NCBI GenBank assembly: GCA_012295275.1
Contig: CM022668.1
Location: forward strand, 8,370,001-8,434,000
Direction: 5' to 3'
Length of the DNA stretch: 64,000 bases
Origin: Chrysomallon squamiferum
Taxonomy: Eukaryota; Animalia; Mollusca
Under the pieces are notes generated by a model that was not told the DNA's origin, searched no databases, and saw nothing but the letters and a program-made list of their open reading frames with translations. Within the stretch, counting starts at the first letter, position 1. The number at the start of each line of letters is the position of its first letter. Shown piece by piece: positions 1 through 13,825 of the stretch. Both the position numbers and the translations under genes were made by a program.

Positions 1-409
1 TACACACTGATTAAAACCAATAAGCAAGACAACAACAATAGCCAAACGAAGAAAGAAAAAGAAATAAAAGCAACCAAGACAAAATGAACAATAACAAAAC
101 AGAAGAAGAAGCAGAAAAAAAATAAAAATTAATAATAATAGCGGTAGAGTGCAGAGCTAAGCGGAAAAACAAACAGTAAATTACAATTATTTATTTAGAA
201 AACTCGTAACTTTTCGAAATTCTCTTTTTTTTTTTGTCTTTATTTATTTGTTTATTTGTTGGTTTGTTTGTTTTTAAATTTGGTAGTTTGTAAACTTGTA
301 TATTTATTATTTTTTTCTCTTTGTTTCTTTCATTATTTCGTTCTTTTTCCTTAATTTCGTCTCATTTTAAAATTTTTTTGTTTAAATGACTATTCAGAAA
401 GTGGCTGTT

Positions 410-446
<37 letters not shown>

Positions 447-1288
447 AAACAACATAAATGAAAACAAAAAATAAACCAAAAACCAAACCGGGATACTTAT
501 AAAAATGAGTCATCATTTGACTGTTATAAAGTGAAGTCTTTAATAAATAATATTAGTAGAAGTAATAACAAGTAACATCACTAATAATAATAATGAGAAT
601 AAGAACAACAACAACAGTTATAAATAATAATCTTTAATAAATAATATAGTAAAAATAACAAGTAAAATTACATAATAATAGCAATGTTAGAGAAGCATTG
701 TAAACAACAAATATTCATGTGAAACTTAATACATTTAAAACTGCATGATTTAAAAAAATATTCTTTATTAATTAGTAACAACCAGGTACAAAATCAAATA
801 CCAATCCTTGGAAAAACATTAAAAATGAAATTCTATAAACTTTTTCTCAGTTTTGCAAACACACACAAAACTTGAATTATTCTGCAGTTTTATTATATGT
901 ATACCTGCATACGTTAATATGCACACGCTCATACATACATACAATATTGGTTGTACAGGAAAACATATAACATATACTTATGACTTCTTAACAAACCCAG
1001 TTCGTGAAAGTATTTCGTGACAACGACTCGTAGAAAATATGAATAATAAATGACGTGAATATTATATTAGCTAACAATGAAACAATCAATCATTTGAAAC
1101 GTGTCTTCATCCACTGAAGACTTGGCTTGCTGCTAAGATTGTGTTAATATTAATGAATTAATTAAGATGAAGGAAGATTGCGGTGGACTTATTCTTTCTG
1201 AACTGGATCCAGTTTATATATGCTGATCGATGTAAATTTCCAAGTTATAATTTTATTTTTTGTACGACCTGATGTCAAAAACAGCAGC

Positions 1289-1293
<5 letters not shown>

Positions 1294-1330
<37 letters not shown>

Positions 1331-1423
1331 AATAATAATAATAATGCTGAATAATAATAATAATAATTTTCATAATAATGCTGATTATTAATAATAATAA
1401 TAATGACAACAAAAGAACAGCAT

Positions 1424-1454
<31 letters not shown>

Positions 1455-1570
1455 AATAATAATAATAATGCTGAATAATAATAATAATAATTTTCATAAT
1501 AATGCTGATTATTAATAATAATAATAATGACAACAAAAGAACAGCATCAACAACAACAACAACAACAACA
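1294..1570. repeat. Tandem duplication of a ~120-bp (CAA)n/(AAT)n low-complexity unit
   Basis: The block aataataatgctgaataat...ttttcataataatgctgattatt...gacaacaaaagaacagcatcaacaac occurs twice in tandem. Confidence 0.8.
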
Positions 1571-1751
1571 ATCATATGTTTATGTTTTTATAAAGGTATG
1601 TTTACGTAACGCTGAATCTGTAGCGGACTGTGTTACCTGACATATTCATGTATAAAAAAAGTCTTAGTTCCGCCCTGTGCAAACAGTGCTTTTTGTTGAC
1701 TTTACCTTATTTTGATCAGCATGAAGATGACACTACTCAAATCTTGAATAG

Positions 1752-1829
<78 letters not shown>

Positions 1830-2669
1830 AAAAAAGAGAAACAGAGAAACAGAGAGAGAGAGAGAGGCGTGATACAGAGTAAGAGAGAGAAAGACAACAT
1901 TATTATAAAGGAATCGCTGCATGAAACACGGTTCACTTATTGTTTTCATATCAGTCAAGCGTAATAAAATATTTACAAGACACTACTATATATTAATTAG
2001 TCGCCTCTAAATAGATCATTCGAATACAATACGTATTATTAAAATCACAGGATCCTTAGGGAATATAGTTTTTTTGTGTGTTTTTTTCTTAAATTCCTGG
2101 AGTGGGAGAAATATTTCTGAATGTTATTAGCTGATTATTTAGCTTGTACATGCAACCACGTCTTTGGCAAGATGTCGTCGACTTGAAATTCCTTTCAAAA
2201 ATACAATGACCTTTATTTATTTACTTATTTATTCATTTATATGCCTTTTTAAACTAACTTTATTTACTGATTTAAATTAACGTTGTTTATTTACGTATTT
2301 ATTTAACTAACTTCATAGATTTATTTATTTATTTATTTATTTATTTATGGTTATTAAACTAACCTTATTTATTTACGTATTTATTTAACTGACGTTATTT
2401 ATTTATTTGTTTCATTTCATTTATAAATATAACATTATTTATTTATTTTTGTTCTCCACTAATTAGTTTCTCAGTGTAAAGAAACAGTTATTTTCAATAG
2501 GAAGTAAAACTAACATAAAACTGTGAACAGATATCCCGTGTTCAAGGAAAACTACCTAGTAAAGGCAAGCATACGACACACACACACACACGCACACACA
2601 CGCACGAACGCTCTGACAGAGGCATGCAGATACACACATATGCATAAATAAATCCAGTTAGACAGACAA

Positions 2670-2883
2670 GCCGAATGCCCCGCCTACAGGCGGTGCTGAC
2701 TGTTCACAGTAAACACATCACGTGACAGCATAAGCGTGACATGAATCGTTATCAAGTATTAACAGCGAGGACGAAAAACAACAACAGAAAAATCCCCCCC
2801 AAAGAGAAAAAAGCAGTCCTATCCGAAACATATACGAATTGTCCATTTATTTATTAATTATTATGATTATGATTATGATTATG

Positions 2884-2918
<35 letters not shown>

Positions 2919-3260
2919 TATTACTATTATTATTATTATTACTATTATTACTATTATTATTATTATTACTATTATTACTATTATTATTATGCTTTTATAT
3001 ATTTTTTATTTTTATTTTTATAGTAGTACTATTACTACTACCACTACTCATCCGCTTCTGCTATTCACTATACTGTTCAACTGCTACTACTACTGCTGTC
3101 TTCTTTTCGTTTCATTTGCGAAGAAGAGACCGAAGTGTACTGTCTGCCTGTACAAGGGTTGTTCAAACAACACGCAGGTCAGCCAAGCGTATCGCGACTG
3201 GGCGGCTCTCTAAGCCGTACACTATCTCACCTGCGCATCGTTTTATTCGCAGCGTTGTAA
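2670..3260 (+). promoter_or_regulatory. Candidate promoter region of sulfotransferase 1
   Basis: CpG-containing patches in an AT-rich background, with a GC-box (gccccgcc ~2677) and an E-box (tcacgtga ~2718). They precede a strong splice donor aaaag|gtaaga at 3833 that could end a non-coding first exon. Inference only. Confidence 0.3.
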
Positions 3261-3411
3261 AGCTTATTTAAAACGTGGCTGAAATTTGATTCAAATTCTC
3301 TGAACTGTACGAGGTTTAGTTTGTTGTTCTTATCTCGCGTACCAGAATAAGCTGAAAGTTACAAGTTTAATTTGAAATTTAGAACCATTTTTGAGATCTG
3401 TGAATATTAGC

Positions 3412-3591
3412 TGAAGCTTACAGTAATAAATTAATTGAAATTTACGAAGATAAATTACTTGAAGTTTACGAAGATAATTAATTGAACTTTACGAAGATAA
3501 ATTAATTGAAGTTCACGAAGATAAATTAATTGAAATTCACGAAGATAAATTAATTGAAGTTTACGAAGATAAATTAATTAATGTTTACGAA
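3412..3591. repeat. ~24-bp minisatellite (gaagtttacgaagataaattaatt), about 7 copies
   Basis: Unit read directly in the sequence. It lies inside the putative 5' UTR exon ending at 3832. Confidence 0.8.
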
Positions 3592-4484
3592 CATGTATTG
3601 TGTCTATGAAAGTAAACTGAAATTTTGGATCCTCTGATGAAATCAAATGCCTACCGAAATACTGAAAGACTTACCAAGATATACCTTGTCCTGAAGATTA
3701 ACCACAGTTTACAAGTTTTGTTTAGAAGCCTCAGTTGAAAGAACTCCGGATTTAACAAATAATGACTGAAATTTTATTTCTTCTTGTTTGAAATTATTTT
3801 GCCTGGGTGCGTTTCTTCTAAAACTTAAAAAGGTAAGAATTTATTTATGTCTGTATATGTTAGGATTCGAGCGTGTATACATACGCACATAAAAACAAGA
3901 ATATATATTACGTACATATATACATACATATATATACATAGACATGTCATACAACAAATATACACACACAGATAATTCATTATTTATATGCTTTATTTAC
4001 TTTAAATTTCTTTCTATAGGTTTTATTGTTATTTATTTTTTATTTTTTTTTTGGATGTAAATAAATATATATATATAAAAAAAAAATAAAAAAAATAATA
4101 TAAATAAAAACTAAATAAATAAAATATGAAATAGAAAGTAAAAATAATACTGGACAGAAATCGATATTTTTATATATATATATCAGTGGCATCCCCAGCA
4201 TTTGTGAAAGGGATGGCGGGAATCGGCGTAACTGGTGCAAATTAAACGAAGGGATGGTACAGAAAATGTTCAGGGTACAAGTACTTTGAACAATGTTCAA
4301 GTTACTTGTATGTCAAAAATACTCTTATAAATAATTGCATCAAATGCGTTAACTATTAACAAGTTTATTTTATTTGCAATTAAATAAAATCAAAATGTCT
4401 GTTGTCTGGTTGTTCTCTGAATTGTATTCTTTACATGAATATTTTTATACAAAATAATAACCTCATGTATATATTATATATACA

Positions 4485-4558
<74 letters not shown>

Positions 4559-4837
4559 TGTGTGTGTGTGTGTGTGTGTGAAATGTGAGATCGTTTCAAT
4601 CGCCCTGAGACTAAAAGATCGCCACGCAAGGTGATAATGAATACAGAATAGTCATGAGAATATGACGTTAGTTGGCGATGCGCTGGTGATAATAATTATG
4701 TTTATACTGAGCGGATCGAGCGCATATCTGTTTTCGCAGGTCGAAGATATTTTAAAAAGTTATTTGTGTTTCTAGGATAACATAATTATTATACAGTTGC
4801 ATGTTAACAAAACTGTAGCGATCACTGAAATTCAGTT

Positions 4838-5137
4838 CATCTATTTTGTTTAGAGACAGAATACAGTACATCTGTTTTGTTTAGAGACAGAATACAGTAC
4901 ATCTGTTTTGTTTAGGGACATAATACAGTACATCTATTTTGTTTAGGGACAGACTACAGTACATCTATTTTGTTTAGGGTCAGAATACAGTACATCTGTT
5001 TTGTTTAGGGACAGAATACAGTACATCCATTTTGTTTAGGGACAGAATACAGTACATCCATTTTGTTTAGGAACAGAATACAGTACATCCATTTTGTTTA
5101 GGGACAGAATACAGTACATCCATTTTGTTTAGGGACA
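4838..5137. repeat. 31-bp minisatellite (catctgttttgtttagggacagaatacagta), about 9.7 copies
   Basis: Near-identical head-to-tail units with no spacers. Confidence 0.95.
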
Positions 5138-6810
5138 AACGTGCTGACCACAACAAGTGAAAAACAGTGACCTGACAGCCAGTCTAGTGAATGGGGCCAG
5201 CTCGTCGTACGCTGTATGTATGTATGTATGTATGTATATATGTATGTGTGTATGTATGTATGTATTATGTATGTATGTGTGTATGTATGTATGTATGTGT
5301 GTGTGTATGTATGTATGTATGTATGTATGTGTGTGTGTACTGAATACATATTTTAACTTTTCTGTTGTTGACAAAAACCTTTTGTTCACGTGCTGCAGCT
5401 TTATCCAACATTATTTATTTTTCGACTTCATTAATTTATGAAAGACTGAACTAAATAAAAAAATAAATAAATAAATAAGTAAGTAAGTAAGTAAGTAAGT
5501 AGGTAAGCAAGCAAGTAAGTAAGTAAGCAAGTAAGTAAATAAATAAATGGATGGAAAAAACTAAAGAGAAAAAAAAAAAAAAAAAAAAAATTAAAATAGA
5601 AAATAAAATAAAATTAAATAAAATTAAAAAATTAAAATAGAAAATTAAAAAAATTAAAATAGAAAATAAAATAGAAAATTCTAAATAATAATGGACAGAA
5701 ATCTAAATTAATTTAAACATTATTTTAAGTATACAGATAATTTATCTATTTTAATAACAATACCATTTTTCCATGATTGTGTTACAAAACTTTATTGTAA
5801 GAATTATCTACCGTAGACAAGCAATATTATTGTATGCTATTTACAGTACAGTTATTTTTATTTCATCTTTAACAATCGCTTAGAAACTGAGTTACTGAAG
5901 ACCTGTCTGATCTAAGTGAAGTGTGTCAGATGTTATTTAAAACACTCACATCAAATTTCTGTGCCGAAAATAAAACAGAAAATCACTTAGTGTCACGTAA
6001 ATAAATATACCAAACGTCTCAACTTGACTAAGTGGCCACTGGTTCACGTTTGTTCCTAATTACAGTAACTCTATTAATTTTATCAATTTATTAATTTATT
6101 GTTTGAAGTTCAACATTTATTGACCCTGTTCATTACATTTCAGCTGTTTCTAGTTTTAGTTTTGTATTGTGTTACCCGTATATTAAAATATTATATTTCA
6201 TTGCTGCTATTGATTTATACTTTGAATTTTATCATTAGTGTAGCCTGATATATTATATTTCATCGTTACAGTAATTATGTACATTACGTCATTGCTAAAG
6301 CAATATACTTTTCACTAAATCATCACTAGAGCAGAATAAATGACATTTTACCATTGCTGTAGCTTAATTTATACTGTAGCTTATACAATACATTTAATAG
6401 CTTCACAGACTGTACTTCATAAAAATAATAATAATAATACTGCAAAACTACTGCATTACATTTCGTTATAAGTATAACCTTATACATTACTTTTCGTTAT
6501 AATTATAACCTTATACATTACTTTTCGATTTTGATAGCTTCACAGGTTACACTTTTGTACTACATTTTATTTTTACTATAGCTTCATAATGACATTTAAT
6601 TAGAACTATCATCGTATACATGAAACTTCCCTGTTATGATAAACTTATGCAGTACAATGGAATGATTCGATTAATCGTATTGCATTACATTAATGTATAC
6701 GATTTAAACGTTAGATTTACTTTGAGCATTGCAGGTTCTACATTACAATAGACTTACTTTACACTTTTATATGACAAAATATTTATCCATTAAAATCATA
6801 CAGTGCAACA

Positions 6811-6958
6811 GTTCATTCATTACAGTTTTAAATTATAATTCATTTATTCATTAAAGTTTTAAATTATAATCCATTTATTCATTCGAATTTTGAATTATAA
6901 TTCATTTATTCATTACAGTTTTAAATTATAATTCATTTATTCATTACAATTTTAAATT
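6811..6958. repeat. 31-bp AT-rich minisatellite (ttcatttattcattacagttttaaattataa), about 5 copies
   Basis: Unit read directly in the sequence. Confidence 0.85.
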
Positions 6959-8545
6959 AGAACAAATTTACTTACCAAATTCATAAATTCTACAGTGAAT
7001 TTATTCACTACATTTTTACATTTAAATACATCACATTTCTGCATTACATTTATTAATCACATTAGATTTATTAATATAAATTTCATTTACATATTTATAA
7101 TGTTTATTATAACTGTTGAACTGTATTTATAAATTTCACTATTCCATAGTAATATATTCATTAGTAATATATTAAAAGAGACGTTATTTTTATAGTTTTA
7201 GACAATTTTGTTAATTACATAACTGTGTCCTTACAATGACAATGGCTTTATTCTCATAAACTGTAGGATTACAGTACAGAGAAGAATTTATTAGAGCTAT
7301 ATAATAACAAAATTAAAACACATGTGTGGAAGTTTAACGCAGAGGACATTCTCTCACATATAGTTCTTATTAACAAACATAGCTGTTGAAAATCAGTCAA
7401 CAGACTCCACTTTAAAACTGCTTTATCTATTGCAGTAACATGATGAATCTCTTGAAAAAAATCTTCAACAGTATATTTATACTTTTCCCTTGACTTTTTT
7501 GATGCGTAAATATTGGAATGTCAGAAATAATAATTTATTAGTGTAATTTCCTGCTTTGTGTATACTTGAAATATTTTAATCTTTCGATAGTTGTTATATC
7601 GACGTCTGTTGCTGGTTACAAACCTCTCTATTCCACCTCAGAGAGCTAATACAAAAGTAATTCGTGATACGAAGCAATAGTCTAAATATATTGTGCATGC
7701 ATTCTTCTGCTTCATATTATTATTATTATCATGATTATTATTAATATTATTATTATTATCATAACGTGGAGGACATATTCTCTCAGACATTGTGATGATG
7801 ATGATGATGATAATAATAATAATAATAATGATAATGGTAATGATAATATCAGCGTAGTTACTTAAAAGTATACAAAATAAACATAAACTCTCTGGTCATG
7901 CAGGACACACGTAACAAAAAACTAATATCTTAGAAAACAAAAGAAAATCTGTAGTTGCGCTAGACTAACAAACACCTAATAAAAACACTGTAGGAGGTAT
8001 AGAAAAGAGATTTTGGCTAATTGTATAGATCGTGTTTTGCACAGGGTAAGAGGTTAAACATTCAAATATAATTATGAGAACAGTTTGTTACGAAAACCAC
8101 GGATTTTGTTAATCAGACAATGTAATTATTTTGTCCAAATTATAATGCTAAAACTATATTGTATTTAATTAATTTATTTTTTATTTGTTTGCTTGTTTAT
8201 TTAATCATTCAGTAGGAATTCGTATCACGATTTCAGTATTATTGAAGCCGGCTAGAATGAATGTTTAACGAAGTCCTCGCACGAAAAAGAAATCGGATAT
8301 TGGGTGTTAGTTTTAAAACGTCAAAGAGGTTCATTTATTTATAAAACTAAACTGTTACAGCTATTCATTATATGTCATTCCAAACAACGTTTTACAACAG
8401 CTCAAACAACAGTGACAGTAGTAGTAACCTAATAGTAGTAGCAGCATAGTAGTAGTAATAGCCTAGTAGTTGTAGTAACCTAGTAGCAGAATAGCTCTAG
8501 AAGTATAAGTTATAATAATAATATATATATGCGTATTTGCATATA

Positions 8546-9100
8546 TAGTGTTACCTCGACTTACGAGTTTAATTTATATGAAATACCATTAATCCGTTCC
8601 AGCCCCCAAAACCACCCCATTTTTTTGTAACGTTTTTTTACATAACAAAAACAAAATAAAGGAGAATGTAAAGAAATAAATTGGTTTTGTAAAAATCAGA
8701 CAAATTATTTTAACGCCTTTGGCTGCAGTTACAGCCTATATCGATTCCTTCTGCTTCAGTATGGTACTACGCCCGAACTGCCTAGCCAAGTCGACTACAT
8801 TCACACCTTTCTCATGCTTTTCTATGGTTTCATGCTTTAATTCAATGGACTTCATCCGCTTCTTCTTCTCAGCACTGTCCTTTCCACTCACTTTCTTAGG
8901 ATCCATGGTCAGAAAAAATACATTTGGCTAAATACTGCACAAAACGCGAACACAACACAACAGAGATGTTTCCGCGGCAGGTAACCGAGTGAAGTAAACA
9001 AGTGAGTCGCGGGATGCTGGCCAACTAGTGGAGGCTCTGAAGCTCGCTCGTAACTCGAAAAACTCTTAAGTTGGGGCACTAGAAAGTCGAGGTACCACTG
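8546..9100 (-). mobile_element. Internally deleted Tigger/pogo (Tc1-mariner superfamily) DNA transposon
   Basis: Terminal inverted repeats tagtgttacctcgactt (8546-) and aagtcgaggtaccactg (-9100), each flanked by TA. The minus strand from 8906 reads MDPKKVSGKDSAEKKKRMKSIELKHETIEKHEKGVNVVDLARQFGRSTILKQKESI*AVTAAKGVKII, the CENP-B/psq-type HTH N-terminus of Tigger transposases with a premature stop. Confidence 0.88.
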
Positions 9101-9302
9101 TATATATGTATGTCTGTGTGTGTGGCTATGTATGTTTTTGTGTGTTTGAGTGTGTATTTTTATGTATCTACCCAACCACCTATTTACCTACCTACCGACC
9201 TACCTATGTACACAACTACGTACATTCATACACATATACTACATACGTATTGTAAAGTATATATATAAGATAATTGAATTCTGGATCAAAATGAAATTAA
9301 AC

Positions 9303-9363
<61 letters not shown>

Positions 9364-9388
9364 AATTGAAATTCGTTTTTGTTTCAGG

Positions 9389-9533
9389 ATGTACGGACGA
9401 TTTCAGTTTTACTTTCTGTGCGCTTCCGCCGTCTTCCTCATCTTCTGCGGCTACACCTACGTCGTTTCCTTCAAACGTGATAAATGTATGTAAATTTTAC
9501 ATCATATCTCATATTAACACACACACACACACA

Positions 9534-9564
<31 letters not shown>

Positions 9565-9568
9565 ACAG

Positions 9569-9655
<87 letters not shown>

Positions 9656-11093
9656 TACACACACACGCGCACACACACATTATTACTACTAGAACAACAA
9701 CAACAACAACAACTACTACTACTACTACTACTACAGAAACTACAACTCTTGTGCTTCCTCTACTACTACGTGTTCTACACCTCCTCCTTCACCTCTATAT
9801 CCATCATACAACTTCTCAGTAAGCCAGATATATGATTGTTATACAGCTTATTAGACACAGCTTGTAAAAAGAAGTAATCAGTTATTTTTATGTTGTTTTT
9901 GTTATTCTTGGGTAATTAAATGTCCTTGCTGTGTTTATGTTAGCAAGTAAAGACATTTTTGTTTCTTATATTTATACTATCCTTTACACCTTTCAGATGC
10001 ATCCACGGTATCGACGTCAGGTCCGAAGTGCGCTTGCACATTGCCGACCGAGTATAGTCAACGACAGAAGAAAATACAAGACATATGTATGATAAAACCT
10101 CCTGGCAAAGTTGGCAAACAAATTATTTTCCACAATGACTATAACATCTCCTATTGCTCCGTAGCTAAGGCGGGATGTACATTCTGGATAAACATCTTCC
10201 GCTTCCTGTACAAAGAAACTGACAACGCTAAAGTTAGCTCCCCTAAGGAAATTCCCCGTATGATTACGCATTACGGGAGAATGAAAAATATGAAATTTTA
10301 CGATCTGCAGACTGGTGAGAAATTTTTACCCAACACATTTCGTTTTCTGTTCACTCGGGATCCGTATTCCAGACTCTGGTCAGCGTATGTGGACAAATTC
10401 CTGCTTCCGGATTACTGGTGTACTGAAGGGCGAAGGATTTTGGCTCGCAGGCCAAACGACGCATCACAAAATACGAGAAATGGCTGCGCTAAGGACATTA
10501 CGTTTATCGAACTCTTAAACCATATAACTCAAAGTATACCCGATAAACTAGATCCCCACTGGAGTCCCGTGAGCCTCATGTGTGACCCGTGCAGCTTCAG
10601 ACCTGACGTCATAGGAACTATGGAAACGTTCGCAAAAGATGCCCATTTTATTTTGTCGCAAGTGAACCTGACCCATTTGTTAGGCGACTATAGCCATCAA
10701 GCCCACGTTGAACATGAATTAAAAATGTTGACTGAATATAATTTTGAGCTTCTGAACAGAAGGTACTGTAAACATTGTGTAAATAAAGAAGATATAGCAA
10801 ATCGATTGTGGAAAGCGTTTCAGATAAATGGATACTTACCAGTCGATGTGCAGTTTCCCACAGATCAATTAAAAGATATTAATTCTTCATCGTTCGTGAA
10901 CCTTGTAACAAAGTATTACAGACAAAATCCGAAAACGTCAGCTGAGATAAAAGAACAGAGGAAAAAGGCCTTAATAGAAGCCTACAGAAAAGTTCCAAGA
11001 GAAATTTTGCAAAAAGTAAAATTCCTCTATGCCACGGATTTTTTAATGTTTGACTACGATCCTAATCCATCCTGGATGGAGTTTAATAGTTAA
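9389..11093 (+). CDS. Carbohydrate sulfotransferase 1 (Sulfotransfer_2 family, CHST11/HNK-1-like), ~397 aa type II Golgi membrane protein
   Basis: Exon 9389-9485 encodes MYGRFQFYFLCASAVFLIFCGYTYVVSFKRDK (signal anchor; tttcag acceptor, gtatgt donor, phase 1). Exon 9997-11093 (tttcag acceptor) continues in frame. It contains the 5'-PSB motif YCSVAKAGCTFW, the 3'-PB motif FTRDPYSRLWSAY, HWxP..CDPC, IGTMETF and C-terminal LYATDFLMFDY. Confidence 0.92.
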
Positions 11094-11105
11094 ACAAATG
11101 TGTTC

Positions 11106-11334
<229 letters not shown>

Positions 11335-11335
<1 letters not shown>

Positions 11336-12306
11336 GCAATAATGCCAAAGATGTAACGTGATCTGAGTTAGGGGTGTATCTCTAACTTGCTATTATTCGC
11401 GGTTTTAACCTTAGCAGATCACTGTGGTAGATGATATACGATTAACTGTACTGTGTAATAATAGGAATAATAACATAAAGAAGAAAAAGAAGAAGAAATG
11501 AACGAAGTCAAGAATAACAACAACAATATTAATAACAGCAACAAATATAATTACAACAAAAGAAAAATAACAGCAAAAAACAAAACAAAAGCAACAACAA
11601 AAATATTAATAATAACTGTATTAATAATAATATACTACTACCACTACTACTGATGATGATGATGATGATGCCAATAATAATAATAATAATAATTAGATAA
11701 GATGTAAAACTAGTCTAAGCTTTAACTGAAAAAGAAACAAAATATATTAAAGAAGTTTCAAGTCAACCTAACCTTAGACGTTAGACTCGCTTTTGTTATC
11801 TTTCGTCAATTGTTTCGCTAATGAACATGCTTAGCGTCTGTTCTCATTCAGGAGACATTACTTAAGAAAAGTCGTTGAACTGTAATATTAACATTTAACA
11901 AGCACGTTTTCATGCTGTGCTGTTATAGAAAATAACTGACAATTTTTATTTTACTTTCATTGAAAAGATAACGTGTTTCTTTATAACTGTTGTATGTTGA
12001 ACACAACAAATATTACCTTATTGAAAGATTTCATTGAAAAATGACAAATGTCCAATCAGAATAATATGGAAGTTGAATATTACATCATTTTCAAATATTC
12101 ATTTTGAAAGTAAATTCGGTATAGTTACAATAAACAATATTGGACAAAATGTTTGTATACTACATGACTTTGAGTGAAATGACGTAAACTATTATTATAC
12201 GCTGGTCGTATAATACACTACAATAAAGCAGAGTGTTTTAAGTGTCATGTTGTATGATGTTCACATTGGCGAGGAGTCCTCGGGGGTAAATGCAGTTTCA
12301 CAAAAG
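11335..12306 (+). repeat. Arm A of a ~1 kb inverted duplication (partner 35096-36077)
   Basis: tgcaataat...agatgtaacgtgatctgagttaggggtgtatc through to ggggtaaatgcagtttcacaaaag matches the reverse complement of 35096-36077 along its length. Confidence 0.92.
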
Positions 12307-13210
12307 CGCGTGTACATATTTAAATGTTCTTTGTATAACAGAAAATTGCATAAGAAATATTGGAGAAAACCGTATGTTTAATATTACGAAAATAAAACAA
12401 ACAAACTCCCTTCCACTCTCTCTGTGTCTTTTTAAATTTGTATGAATGTATAAACATTTTGTCTGTTTGCCAGTCTCTGCCTATCCCCTATTAGTATGCA
12501 TGTTTGTGTGTATTTCATTATGAACTTAGAAATGTTTGCAAGACAAGTTCAGTAAAGACAGCAGACAAGAGGTGTTCTTGATCCACTTCGCTTAGGTTCA
12601 GTGTTCACTTATACAAACAGTAAAACATTTCAATAAGGATAACACATTATGTAATATCTTAGCACATTTTTATTAACATTTACTCTTTTATTTTATATAT
12701 AATTATATGTGTATGTGTTTGTGTGTGTCTGTGTATATACAAACACACACAAACCTTTGGTACTAATAAAATAATTCAGTGATATAATAATGCTACTTTA
12801 TACCTGATTTATTTTTCTACTGAATACATGTAAATTATAAAATGTGTGAAACAGTTAAAAAAAAGGTTTATTTTAAATTATTGTTATTTCTGCGGACGGA
12901 TCAAATGAACCGAGGGTACAATGACACCCGAGTCATGTCGTCCAGGGCTGCTCTGGAGCACTTGCGAAGTCGAACAAAGTTCAACATTTTTTTTATATAA
13001 AACTATGAAAAAATAAAATATATTTTAAGCGTAATAATGCCAACCCTGACAGTATGTGTCAGTATGGAATGCTCTTGCACAAACGATTTTACTAATGCCA
13101 TTATTGCTTTCTTGTTATAGTTACAAAATGGGACTAGTCATTAGTTTCTTCCAAAATTTGTTAACAGTGATATATTATTATTATTATTTTACTGTTATTA
13201 TCATTATCAT

Positions 13211-13264
<54 letters not shown>

Positions 13265-13452
13265 TATTATTATTATTATTATTAATTAATAAATTTTTAT
13301 CGTATACGTTTATAATTTTTAAAAGTTTGTGTGTAAATAAACTCGTGATCACATTTATTTGTGTTTGTTACCTGGTTGATAACTTCTGTCTGTCTGTCTG
13401 TCTTCCTCTTCTTCCGTCAGTTCGTCCGTCCTTGCATCCATATATCTATCTA

Positions 13453-13562
<110 letters not shown>

Positions 13563-13794
13563 TCTCTGTGTCTGTTTCTGTCTCTCGTCTTGAATGTTAT
13601 ATATGTAAATTAATTATGGCCCCATTTCTGACATTCATTAGTGTAAAGTGAAATCAGCACAATTAATGTGTTTTCTATAAACTGTTTGGCAACATGTATA
13701 TAAATACACACACACACGCACAAATTCACACAACTGACGTCTTTTACTCCGTTTATTTTTGTTAAGCATATAATGATAATAATAATAATAATAA

Positions 13795-13825
<31 letters not shown>

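Noticed and set aside
4838-5137. 31-bp repeats resembling a CRISPR array
   Set aside because: The units abut with no unique spacers, the context is eukaryotic and there are no cas genes. It is a minisatellite.
9690-9820. Thr-rich segment in the sulfotransferase 1 intron as a possible mucin-like stem exon
   Set aside because: Microsatellite-derived with no convincing acceptor, and the flanking exons already join in frame.
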